Of a stretch of DNA of 11,213 bases, positions 1 to 6,419 are shown piece by piece. How positions within the stretch are numbered: the first letter of the stretch is position 1; each line of letters starts with the position of its first letter. The DNA comes from a virus (taxonomy: Duplodnaviria; Heunggongvirae; Uroviricota; Caudoviricetes): the IMG/VR virus record IMGVR_UViG_2711768073_000011; one strand, given 5' to 3'. The notes under the pieces are model-generated. The model ran no database searches and was not told the origin of the DNA. It was given only the letters and a program-made list of their open reading frames with translations. The translations under genes and the position numbers were made by a program.

Positions 1-207
1 GACGGACGAACACTGGTTCAGACCGTAACGGGATCGCTGGCGTGCGGCGTTCTTGCCATGGCCGTGGCCGGGTCGTTGCGCTTCTTCGGGTTTCCTGAAG
101 ATGCCGTGACGTTTATCGGCGCATCAATCGGTTTTATGGGTGCAGAGAAAGCACGCGACAAGGTTATTGCGGCCTTTAATCGCAGGGTGAAGGAGAAGGA
201 CGAATGA
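1..207 (+). CDS. holin, C-terminal fragment (5' end lies outside the window)
   Basis: Frame 1 is open from base 1 to TGA at 205-207 and reads ...TLVQTVTGSLACGVLAMAVAGSLRFFGFPEDAVTFIGASIGFMGAEKARDKVIAAFNRRVKEKDE*. It has small-residue hydrophobic stretches followed by a charged tail. Its stop overlaps the endolysin start (ATGA), and it sits immediately upstream of the endolysin. No start codon is visible in the window. Confidence 0.45.
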   Translation, partial: DGRTLVQTVTGSLACGVLAMAVAGSLRFFGFPEDAVTFIGASIGFMGAEKARDKVIAAFNRRVKEKDE

Positions 208-596
208 GCAACACATTTAAATTCAGCAGCCGGAGCGAAAAGAATTTGCAGGGCGTAAATCCTGATCTGGTGAAAGTGACCCGACGGGCACTGGAAATCT
301 CGGAAGTGGATTTTGGTATCACCGAAGGGTTGCGCAGCCGTTACCGCCAGAAGCAACTGGTGGCCACGGGTAAGAGCCAGACCATGAACAGCCGCCACCT
401 TACGGGGCATGCCGTGGATGTTGTGGCTTATATCGGCAGCCAGGTGTCATGGGAATGGCCGCTGTACGAAAAAATCGCAGCAGCATTCAGACAGGCCAGC
501 CGGGAACTGAATATTCCGGTGGAATGGGGCGGCGACTGGAAGACCCTGAAAGACGGACCGCATTTTCAGTTACCACACGGAGCCTATCCGGCATGA
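204..596 (+). CDS. endolysin, peptidase M15 (VanY-like L-alanyl-D-glutamate endopeptidase) family
   Basis: 130-aa ORF with an AGGAG Shine-Dalgarno about 8 nt upstream of the ATG. It contains the M15 zinc-binding signatures S-R-H-L-T-G-H-A-V-D and D-G-P-H-F-Q, and has the size typical of a small phage endolysin. It is followed directly by the spanin pair. Confidence 0.85.
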   Translation: MSNTFKFSSRSEKNLQGVNPDLVKVTRRALEISEVDFGITEGLRSRYRQKQLVATGKSQTMNSRHLTGHAVDVVAYIGSQVSWEWPLYEKIAAAFRQASRELNIPVEWGGDWKTLKDGPHFQLPHGAYPA

Positions 597-1000
597 AGCT
601 CTGGCCCACGCTTGGCGTCGCTTTCCTTCTGATTGCCGGATGGGAAACATCCATGCGTCTGTCGTGGTCGCTGGGCCGGGAGAACGCCAGAAACGAAGCG
701 CAGGCCAGCGCCCTGAAAAGTACCGCCGACACCCTGAATATCATCAGCGCCGGGGTACAGGATATGCAGCAGGTGCTGGCGCAACTCCGCGTGGAAAATC
801 AGCAACGCAATCAGGACGGAGAGGTAAGACGTGAACAGCTACGCAACGATATTGCAAAAGATGAATGCGCCCACGCTTTGCCTGACGCTCGTTTTACTGA
901 CAGGCTGCGCAGGCACGCAGAACGCGCCACTGCCAGCGCCGTCAGTCCGGCTTATACCGCAGACGCTGACCATACCGGTAACGCCGCCCCCCTTCCCTGA
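593..1000 (+). CDS. i-spanin (Rz / P2 LysB-like), inner-membrane subunit
   Basis: ATG at 593 overlaps the endolysin stop (ATGA). The product begins MKLWPTLGVAFLLIAGWETS, an N-terminal transmembrane segment, followed by a charged Q/R/E-rich, probably coiled-coil region. The ORF track's longer 449..1000 ORF is an in-frame upstream extension running through the endolysin, so the internal ATG is preferred. Confidence 0.75.
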   Translation: MKLWPTLGVAFLLIAGWETSMRLSWSLGRENARNEAQASALKSTADTLNIISAGVQDMQQVLAQLRVENQQRNQDGEVRREQLRNDIAKDECAHALPDARFTDRLRRHAERATASAVSPAYTADADHTGNAAPLP

Positions 1001-1151
1001 TACTCCCACATGGGGAAATCTCGGTATATGGGGCGACCGCCTTCTGGATGCACTGGAAACCTGTAACGCGGATAAACGGGCCATTGAATTACTGGAACAG
1101 CGCAGGCTGCAACGACTGAACAACGAGGACAACAACCATGCTGAAAACTGA
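861..1151 (+). CDS. o-spanin (Rz1 / P2 LysC-like) outer-membrane lipoprotein
   Basis: ORF in a different frame that starts inside the i-spanin gene and extends past its stop. From the second Met it reads MNAPTLCLTLVLLTGCAGTQNAPLPAPS, a signal peptide with an LTGC lipobox followed by a proline-rich mature part. The start could alternatively be the ATG at 831. The stop overlaps the start of R. Confidence 0.75.
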   Translation: MNAPTLCLTLVLLTGCAGTQNAPLPAPSVRLIPQTLTIPVTPPPFPDTPTWGNLGIWGDRLLDALETCNADKRAIELLEQRRLQRLNNEDNNHAEN

Positions 1152-1605
1152 TTCCCTGCGTGAAGCCATGACCCGTTCATGCCGATGGTGTCAGGCCAAC
1201 CCGGAAAAATTCACCATTTTCGTGGAGAGCGGCAACATTGAAACGACCGGAGAAACGCCCTCGTTTGTTTACCGCTATCAGATGGTGATGTTTGTCATGG
1301 ATTACGCCGGGGAGCTGGACGACCTCACGCTGCCGCTGCTGGCGTGGTTATCCGAAAATCAGCCACAGTTGTTGCTCAACCCTGAGCGTAATCAGGACAT
1401 CAAATTCTCCGCCGTTATCAATGACGATGACAGCGCCGATCTCCTGTTTACGCTCCCCCTGCGGGAACGCGTTCGCATCACGCGCAGCAGTCAGGGGACA
1501 CCGCAGGCAGAACACCTGCCGGAGCCAAAACCCCGCCTGCCATCTCCCGAAGGCGACTGGTCGCATGTATTCCAGGATGTGACGTGGGGTGAAAGCGATG
1601 GATAA
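1138..1605 (+). CDS. R: tail completion protein (P2 gpR-like)
   Basis: 155-aa ORF immediately after the lysis cassette and before S, the position gpR occupies in P2. The size matches my recollection of P2 gpR. It is translationally coupled to both neighbours. Confidence 0.8.
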   Translation: MLKTDSLREAMTRSCRWCQANPEKFTIFVESGNIETTGETPSFVYRYQMVMFVMDYAGELDDLTLPLLAWLSENQPQLLLNPERNQDIKFSAVINDDDSADLLFTLPLRERVRITRSSQGTPQAEHLPEPKPRLPSPEGDWSHVFQDVTWGESDG

Positions 1606-2233
1606 GGCATTCACCCGCGTGGATGAAACCTTTGAGGCTATCCGCGACAGCCTGAATCAGCAGGCCATCAATAACATCGCCAGAAAGCTGGCACAGGATT
1701 TACGCCGCGCCCAGCAGGCGCGTATCCGGTCACAGAAAGCGCCGGACGGGACCGCGTGGACACCACGCAGACGCCGCGTAACCCGGATACAGGAGCGCAT
1801 TCGCTTTATCTGGACTAACGAAGCACGCACGCTGAAAAACTGGCATCACGACACGGGGAAATACGGGCGAACCATTACCGGGTGGGATGAGGATAAAAAC
1901 AATATCCGCACGTTTTACCGGGATGACATCGACCGTTTTCTGGAAATACGCACCCGGCGCATCAACCAGGACAGCACAAAGCGCGTCCCCATGTTCGTAA
2001 AACTGCGCACCGCCCGCTACCTGAAAGCCCGTGCAGATGCTTCCGGTGTGACGGTGGGTTACAGCGGCGTGGCCGCACGTATTGCCCGCGTTCATCAGTT
2101 CGGTGAGCGCGATCAGGTTGCGCCGGGCATTTTCACCGATTACCCGGTACGTGAGCTGTTGGGCATCAGTCAGGCAGATGAACGCCTGATTTATAACACG
2201 GTGCTGGGCCGGATTGCGGAGGCTGTACGGTGA
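1598..2233 (+). CDS. S: tail completion / virion morphogenesis protein (P2 gpS-like)
   Basis: ORF between R and V. ATG at 1598 overlaps the R stop (ATGGATAA); a GTG at 1589 is an alternative start. Its stop overlaps the GTG start of V (GTGA). The call rests on position and coupling; the product is basic and Arg-rich. Confidence 0.75.
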   Translation: MDKAFTRVDETFEAIRDSLNQQAINNIARKLAQDLRRAQQARIRSQKAPDGTAWTPRRRRVTRIQERIRFIWTNEARTLKNWHHDTGKYGRTITGWDEDKNNIRTFYRDDIDRFLEIRTRRINQDSTKRVPMFVKLRTARYLKARADASGVTVGYSGVAARIARVHQFGERDQVAPGIFTDYPVRELLGISQADERLIYNTVLGRIAEAVR

Positions 2234-2545
2234 GCGCAGAACTCATGCGACTGCTGAGCAACATCATCCGCACTGGGATCATCTCTGAAGTTGATGAGAA
2301 GTCCTGGTGCGTGCGCGTTCGCAGCGGCGAACTGGAAACAGGCTGGTTGCGCTGGAACACCACGCGCGCGGGAGCCTTCAATGTGTGGCTGCCGCCATCA
2401 CCCGGCGAACAGGTGGTAATTGCCTGCATTGGCGGCAACCCGGAAACCGCCATGATAATTGGCAGCCTGTGGAGTGATGCCAATCCGGCCCCCGGCAAAA
2501 GCCTGAAAGAAATCGTGGTCAGCGCGCCGGATGGCGCGGTGTTCC
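2230..2545 (+). CDS. V: baseplate spike protein (P2 gpV-like), copy 1, 3'-truncated by the N gap
   Basis: GTG start overlapping the S stop; reads MSAELMRLLSNIIRTGIISEVDEKSWCVRV... up to the N run at 2546. Identical to the first 105 codons of the complete copy at 4066. Confidence 0.7.
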
Positions 2546-2556
2546 NNNNNNNNNNN
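2546..2556. other. assembly gap (11 N)
   Basis: Run of n characters lying exactly at the junction between duplicated blocks. Confidence 0.97.
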
Positions 2557-2974
2557 TAACGAAGCACGCACGCTGAAAAACTGGCATCACGACACGGGGA
2601 AATACGGGCGAACCATTACCGGGTGGGATGAGGATAAAAACAATATCCGCACGTTTTACCGGGATGACATCGACCGTTTTCTGGAAATACGCACCCGGCG
2701 CATCAACCAGGACAGCACAAAGCGCGTCCCCATGTTCGTAAAACTGCGCACCGCCCGCTACCTGAAAGCCCGTGCAGATGCTTCCGGTGTGACGGTGGGT
2801 TACAGCGGCGTGGCCGCACGTATTGCCCGCGTTCATCAGTTCGGTGAGCGCGATCAGGTTGCGCCGGGCATTTTCACCGATTACCCGGTACGTGAGCTGC
2901 TGGGTATCAGCCAGGCAGATGAGCGCCTGATTTATAACACGGTGCTGGGCCGGATTGCGGAGGCTGTACGGTGA
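2557..2974 (+). CDS. S: S-like gene, 5'-truncated fragment (divergent middle copy)
   Basis: Resumes S in frame at the equivalent of position 1816 straight after the N gap and ends at the same GTGA junction. Four synonymous differences from copy 1 lie near its 3' end. Confidence 0.65.
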
Positions 2975-3552
2975 GCGCAGAACTCATGCGACTGCTGAGC
3001 AATATCATCCGCACCGGGATCATCTCTGAAGTTGATGAGAAGTCCTGGCGCGTGCGCGTTCGCAGCGGCGAACTGGAAACAGGCTGGTTGCGCTGGAACA
3101 CCACGCGCGCGGGAGCCTTCAATGTGTGGCTGCCGCCATCACCCGGCGAACAGGTGGTAATTGCCTGCATTGGCGGCAACCCGGAAACCGCCATGATAAT
3201 TGGCAGCCTGTGGAGTGATGCCAATCCGGCCCCCGGCAAAAGCCTGAAAGAAATCGTGGTCAGCGCGCCGGATGGCGCGGTGTTCCGCTACGACGCAGAC
3301 GCTGGCGCACTGAGCGCCAGCGGCATGAAAACAGCCACCCTGCAGGCATCCGTCAGCGTGACACTGGATACGCCCGTCGTGGAATGCACAAACCTTCTGA
3401 GAACAGCGACGCTTGACGTCACAAAAGGGGGAAAGATGAGCGGCAATATCACGCACAGCGGCGGCGATTTCACCTCAAACGGCATCACAGTGCATACGCA
3501 TAAGCACGGTGGCGTTAAAGGTGGCAGCGATTCGACAGGAGGCCCGCAGTGA
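2971..3552 (+). CDS. V: baseplate spike protein (P2 gpV-like), divergent middle copy
   Basis: 193-aa ORF with a GTG start. The C-terminal region is Gly/Ser/Thr-rich and carries the motif VHTHKHGG, the His-x-His pattern found at the apex of gpV-type spikes. Differs from the copy at 4066 by C27R, N/D and D/N substitutions. Confidence 0.85.
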   Translation: MSAELMRLLSNIIRTGIISEVDEKSWRVRVRSGELETGWLRWNTTRAGAFNVWLPPSPGEQVVIACIGGNPETAMIIGSLWSDANPAPGKSLKEIVVSAPDGAVFRYDADAGALSASGMKTATLQASVSVTLDTPVVECTNLLRTATLDVTKGGKMSGNITHSGGDFTSNGITVHTHKHGGVKGGSDSTGGPQ

Positions 3553-3899
3553 CAACCCGCTACACAGGAATGAACCCGGACGGAACGGGAAACCTGAACG
3601 ATATGGAGCACCTGAAACAGTCAGTCAGGGACATCCTGACCACCCCGCTGGCCAGCCGGGTTATGCGACGGGAATATGGCAGCCTTGTGCCTGATTTGAT
3701 TGACGAACCCATGAATAACACCACGCGTCTGCAATGCATGAGTGCTGCCGTGATTGCGCTGACACGATGGGAACCCCGCATTGCCCTGGACGCCATCGAC
3801 GTTGTCTGGAAGGCAGGAGGCCGCGCCGGGGTGACGCTGTCGGGCACTGTCATGCAGACCATGCAGAATGTTGAATTAACCATCACGCTGAGGGAGTAA
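3549..3899 (+). CDS. W: baseplate wedge protein (P2 gpW / GPW-gp25 family), divergent middle copy
   Basis: 116-aa ORF (MTTRYTGMNPDG...) with GTG start overlapping the V stop (GTGA). Size and position match P2 gpW. Confidence 0.85.
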   Translation: MTTRYTGMNPDGTGNLNDMEHLKQSVRDILTTPLASRVMRREYGSLVPDLIDEPMNNTTRLQCMSAAVIALTRWEPRIALDAIDVVWKAGGRAGVTLSGTVMQTMQNVELTITLRE

Positions 3900-3902
3900 A
3901 TC

Positions 3903-4009
3903 ATGCCTGCCGTTGACCTTTCACAGTTACCGGACCCCGCCATCATCGCGGAGCCTGACTTTGAGGCAATTCTGGCTGACACAAAGGCCATGATGATTGC
4001 GTCCTATCC
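3903..4009 (+). CDS. J: baseplate protein J (P2 gpJ-like), 5' fragment truncated by the N gap
   Basis: ATG at 3903 preceded by GAGGGAG; reads MPAVDLSQLPDPAIIAEPDFEAILADTKAMMIASY before the N run. Same as the start of the complete J at 4998. Confidence 0.65.
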
Positions 4010-4019
4010 NNNNNNNNNN
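4010..4019. other. assembly gap (10 N)
   Basis: Run of n characters lying exactly at the junction between duplicated blocks. Confidence 0.97.
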
Positions 4020-4069
4020 GCCTGATTTATAACACGGTGCTGGGCCGGATTGCGGAGGCTGTACGGTGA
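4020..4069 (+). CDS. S: S-like gene, 3'-terminal fragment after the gap
   Basis: Last 16 codons of S (...LIYNTVLGRIAEAVR*) in frame, ending in the GTGA overlap with V. Identical to copy 1. Confidence 0.5.
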
Positions 4070-4647
4070 GCGCAGAACTCATGCGACTGCTGAGCAACAT
4101 CATCCGCACTGGGATCATCTCTGAAGTTGATGAGAAGTCCTGGTGCGTGCGCGTTCGCAGCGGCGAACTGGAAACAGGCTGGTTGCGCTGGAACACCACG
4201 CGCGCGGGAGCCTTCAATGTGTGGCTGCCGCCATCACCCGGCGAACAGGTGGTAATTGCCTGCATTGGCGGCAACCCGGAAACCGCCATGATAATTGGCA
4301 GCCTGTGGAGTGATGCCAATCCGGCCCCCGGCAAAAGCCTGAAAGAAATCGTGGTCAGCGCGCCGGATGGCGCGGTGTTCCGCTACGACGCGGACGCAGG
4401 CGCACTGAGCGCCAGCGGCATGAAAACGGCCACCCTGCAGGCATCCGTCAGTGTGACACTGGACACGCCCGTCGTGGAATGCACAGACCTTCTGAGAACG
4501 GCGACGCTTGACGTCACAAAAGGGGGAAAGATGAGCGGCAATATCACGCACAGCGGCGGCAATTTCACCTCAAACGGCATCACAGTGCATACGCATAAAC
4601 ACGGTGGCGTTAAAGGTGGCAGCGATTCGACAGGAGGCCCGCAGTGA
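4066..4647 (+). CDS. V: baseplate spike protein (P2 gpV-like)
   Basis: 193-aa ORF with GTG start. Its first 105 codons are identical to copy 1 at 2230. Carries the same VHTHKHGG apex motif. Confidence 0.88.
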   Translation: MSAELMRLLSNIIRTGIISEVDEKSWCVRVRSGELETGWLRWNTTRAGAFNVWLPPSPGEQVVIACIGGNPETAMIIGSLWSDANPAPGKSLKEIVVSAPDGAVFRYDADAGALSASGMKTATLQASVSVTLDTPVVECTDLLRTATLDVTKGGKMSGNITHSGGNFTSNGITVHTHKHGGVKGGSDSTGGPQ

Positions 4648-4994
4648 CAACCCGCTACACAGGAATGAACCCGGACGGAACGGGAAACCTGAACGATATG
4701 GAGCATCTGAAACAGTCAGTCAGGGACATCCTGACCACCCCGCTGGCAAGCCGGGTTATGCGACGGGAATATGGCAGCCTTGTGCCCGATTTAATTGACG
4801 AACCCATGAATAACACCACTCGTCTGCAATGCATGAGTGCTGCCGTGATTGCGCTGACACGATGGGAACCCCGCATTGCCCTGGACGCCATCGACGTTGT
4901 CTGGAAGGCAGGAGGCCGCGCCGGGGTGACGCTGTCGGGCACTGTCATGCAGACCATGCAGAATGTTGAATTAACCATCACGCTGAGGGAGTAA
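4644..4994 (+). CDS. W: baseplate wedge protein (P2 gpW / GPW-gp25 family)
   Basis: 116-aa ORF with GTGA overlap to V. The protein is the same as the middle copy; differences are synonymous. Confidence 0.88.
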   Translation: MTTRYTGMNPDGTGNLNDMEHLKQSVRDILTTPLASRVMRREYGSLVPDLIDEPMNNTTRLQCMSAAVIALTRWEPRIALDAIDVVWKAGGRAGVTLSGTVMQTMQNVELTITLRE

Positions 4995-4997
4995 ATC

Positions 4998-5894
4998 ATG
5001 CCTGCCGTTGACCTTTCACAGTTACCGGACCCCGCCATCATCGCGGAGCCTGACTTTGAGGCAATTCTGGCTGACACAAAGGCCATGATGATTGCGTCCT
5101 ATCCCGCCGAACAGCGTGAAGCCGTTTCCGCCGCGCTGGAGCTGGAATCGGAACCCCTTAACGTTATCGCTCAAACCATGTCGTTTCGTGAAATGCTGTT
5201 ACGCCAGCGGGTCAATGAGGGTGCACGCGCCTGCATGCTAAGCCACAGCGCCGGGACAGACCTGGACAACCTCGCGGGCAATATGAACACAAAGCGCCTG
5301 GTTATCACTCCGGCAACGGATACCACCGACGCAGTGATTGAAAGTGACACCTCGCTGAGACTACGGGCGCAACGGGCATATGACGGTCTGAGTGTTGCTG
5401 GCCCGTCAGGTGCATACGAGTATTTTGCACGCAGCGCCAGCGGTCTGGTACGCGATGCGCGGGCCATCAGCCCGTCTCCGGCCAACGTGACGGTTTCCAT
5501 CCTGTCCACTGAGGGCGACGGCACAGCAACGGAGGCGTTGCTTAATACCGTTCGCGCCGTTCTGAATGCAGAGGATACCCGCCCGGTGGCCGACCGCCTG
5601 ACCGTACAGAGCGCCAGCATCGTGACATGGCGGCTGAATGCAAAACTGTACTTTTACCCCGGTCCGGAATCCGAACCTATTCTGGCCGCGGCGGAATCGT
5701 CATTCAGGAAGTGGCTGGCTGAACAGGGGCTTATCGGTCAGGACGTGGCGTTGTCCGCCATTGCTGCCGCACTTCATGTACACGGCGTGCAACGCGTGGA
5801 GATAATCGAACCCACACAGAATATGGCCATCAGCGACATACAGGCGGCGCGCTGTGAGTCATTCACCATCAGCGAAGGTGGGCGTAATGAGTAA
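4998..5894 (+). CDS. J: baseplate assembly protein J (P2 gpJ-like)
   Basis: 298-aa ORF with a GAGGGAG Shine-Dalgarno. Size and position after W match P2 gpJ. Its stop overlaps the start of I. Confidence 0.9.
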   Translation: MPAVDLSQLPDPAIIAEPDFEAILADTKAMMIASYPAEQREAVSAALELESEPLNVIAQTMSFREMLLRQRVNEGARACMLSHSAGTDLDNLAGNMNTKRLVITPATDTTDAVIESDTSLRLRAQRAYDGLSVAGPSGAYEYFARSASGLVRDARAISPSPANVTVSILSTEGDGTATEALLNTVRAVLNAEDTRPVADRLTVQSASIVTWRLNAKLYFYPGPESEPILAAAESSFRKWLAEQGLIGQDVALSAIAAALHVHGVQRVEIIEPTQNMAISDIQAARCESFTISEGGRNE

Positions 5895-6417
5895 TTCACT
5901 GTTACCGCCATCAGCCAGCAATTTCATGCGTTGTGCCGAAGCTGTCGGAACGCGCATTACAGACATCCCGGTAGACCTCAACACGCTGTGGTCGCCGGAC
6001 ACCTGCCCGGTGCACCTGCTGCCTTATCTCGCCTGGGCATTTTCCGTTGACCGCTGGGATCGCAACTGGCCGGAAGAGACAAAACGACAGGTGATTCGTG
6101 ATGCATGGCTGATACACCGACACAAGGGAACCATCAGCGCACTGCGCCGGGCCATTGAGCCGCTGGGATACCTCATTCGTGTGTCTGAGTGGTGGGAGTT
6201 CGGCGGAGAACCGGGAACATTTACCGTTGAAGTGGGCACGCTGGACAGTGGCGTGACGGAGGAAATGTATCTGGAAATGGAGCGGTTGATTGCTGATGCC
6301 CGCCCGGTCAGCCGCCACATGACAGGGCTGAATATCATTCAGGAGATTCCGGGGGATATTTTCGCGGCGGCAGCAACTTACGACGGTGAAGTCATTACCA
6401 TTTATCCGGACGATTAA
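5887..6417 (+). CDS. I: tail / baseplate protein I (P2 gpI-like)
   Basis: ATG at 5887 (MSNSLLPPSASNF...) overlapping the J stop, giving 176 aa. The ORF track's longer form from 5854 is an upstream extension inside J. Confidence 0.85.
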   Translation: MSNSLLPPSASNFMRCAEAVGTRITDIPVDLNTLWSPDTCPVHLLPYLAWAFSVDRWDRNWPEETKRQVIRDAWLIHRHKGTISALRRAIEPLGYLIRVSEWWEFGGEPGTFTVEVGTLDSGVTEEMYLEMERLIADARPVSRHMTGLNIIQEIPGDIFAAAATYDGEVITIYPDD

Positions 6418-6419
6418 GC

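Larger units (their letters stand above)
1816..3286. repeat. duplicated block 1: 1816-2545 is repeated at 2557-3286 (730 bp, offset 741) across an N gap
   Basis: Direct comparison of the two stretches: near-identical, with at least 7 substitutions seen by eye. The block covers the 3' two-thirds of S and the 5' half of V. Confidence 0.95.
2925..5104. repeat. duplicated block 2: 2925-4009 is repeated at 4020-5104 (1085 bp, offset 1095) across an N gap
   Basis: Direct comparison: near-identical, with at least 17 substitutions seen by eye. The block covers the S 3' end, V, W and the J 5' end. Confidence 0.95.

Noticed and set aside
449-592. Upstream in-frame extension of the i-spanin ORF back to 449
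   Set aside because: It would overlap the endolysin by 148 bp in another frame. The ATG at 593 gives a protein starting at the transmembrane segment and forms the usual ATGA coupling with the endolysin stop.
1292-1614. ORFs 1292-1582 (+) and 1348-1614 (-) inside R
   Set aside because: They are alternative-frame or antisense overlaps within the R gene, with no start context and biased composition typical of off-frame translation.
2100-2230. Late promoter upstream of V, as P2 has before its V operon
   Set aside because: S and V overlap here, so any promoter would have to lie inside the S coding sequence. I could not find a convincing dyad-symmetric activator site with -10/-35 elements by eye, so no call is made.
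2166-4334. ORFs whose translations contain runs of X (2166-2567 -, 2230-2559 +, 2519-2836 -, 2531-2974 +, 3927-4334 -)
   Set aside because: They read through the N gaps; the X residues are artefacts of unknown bases, not real protein sequence.
3139-5620. Several 100-150 aa ORFs on the - strand antisense to V, W and J (3139-3456, 3288-3611, 3560-3991, 4234-4551, 4383-4706, 4655-5086, 5171-5620)
   Set aside because: All lie wholly inside well-supported + strand genes and are duplicated only because the underlying DNA is duplicated. They have no independent start context or recognisable features.
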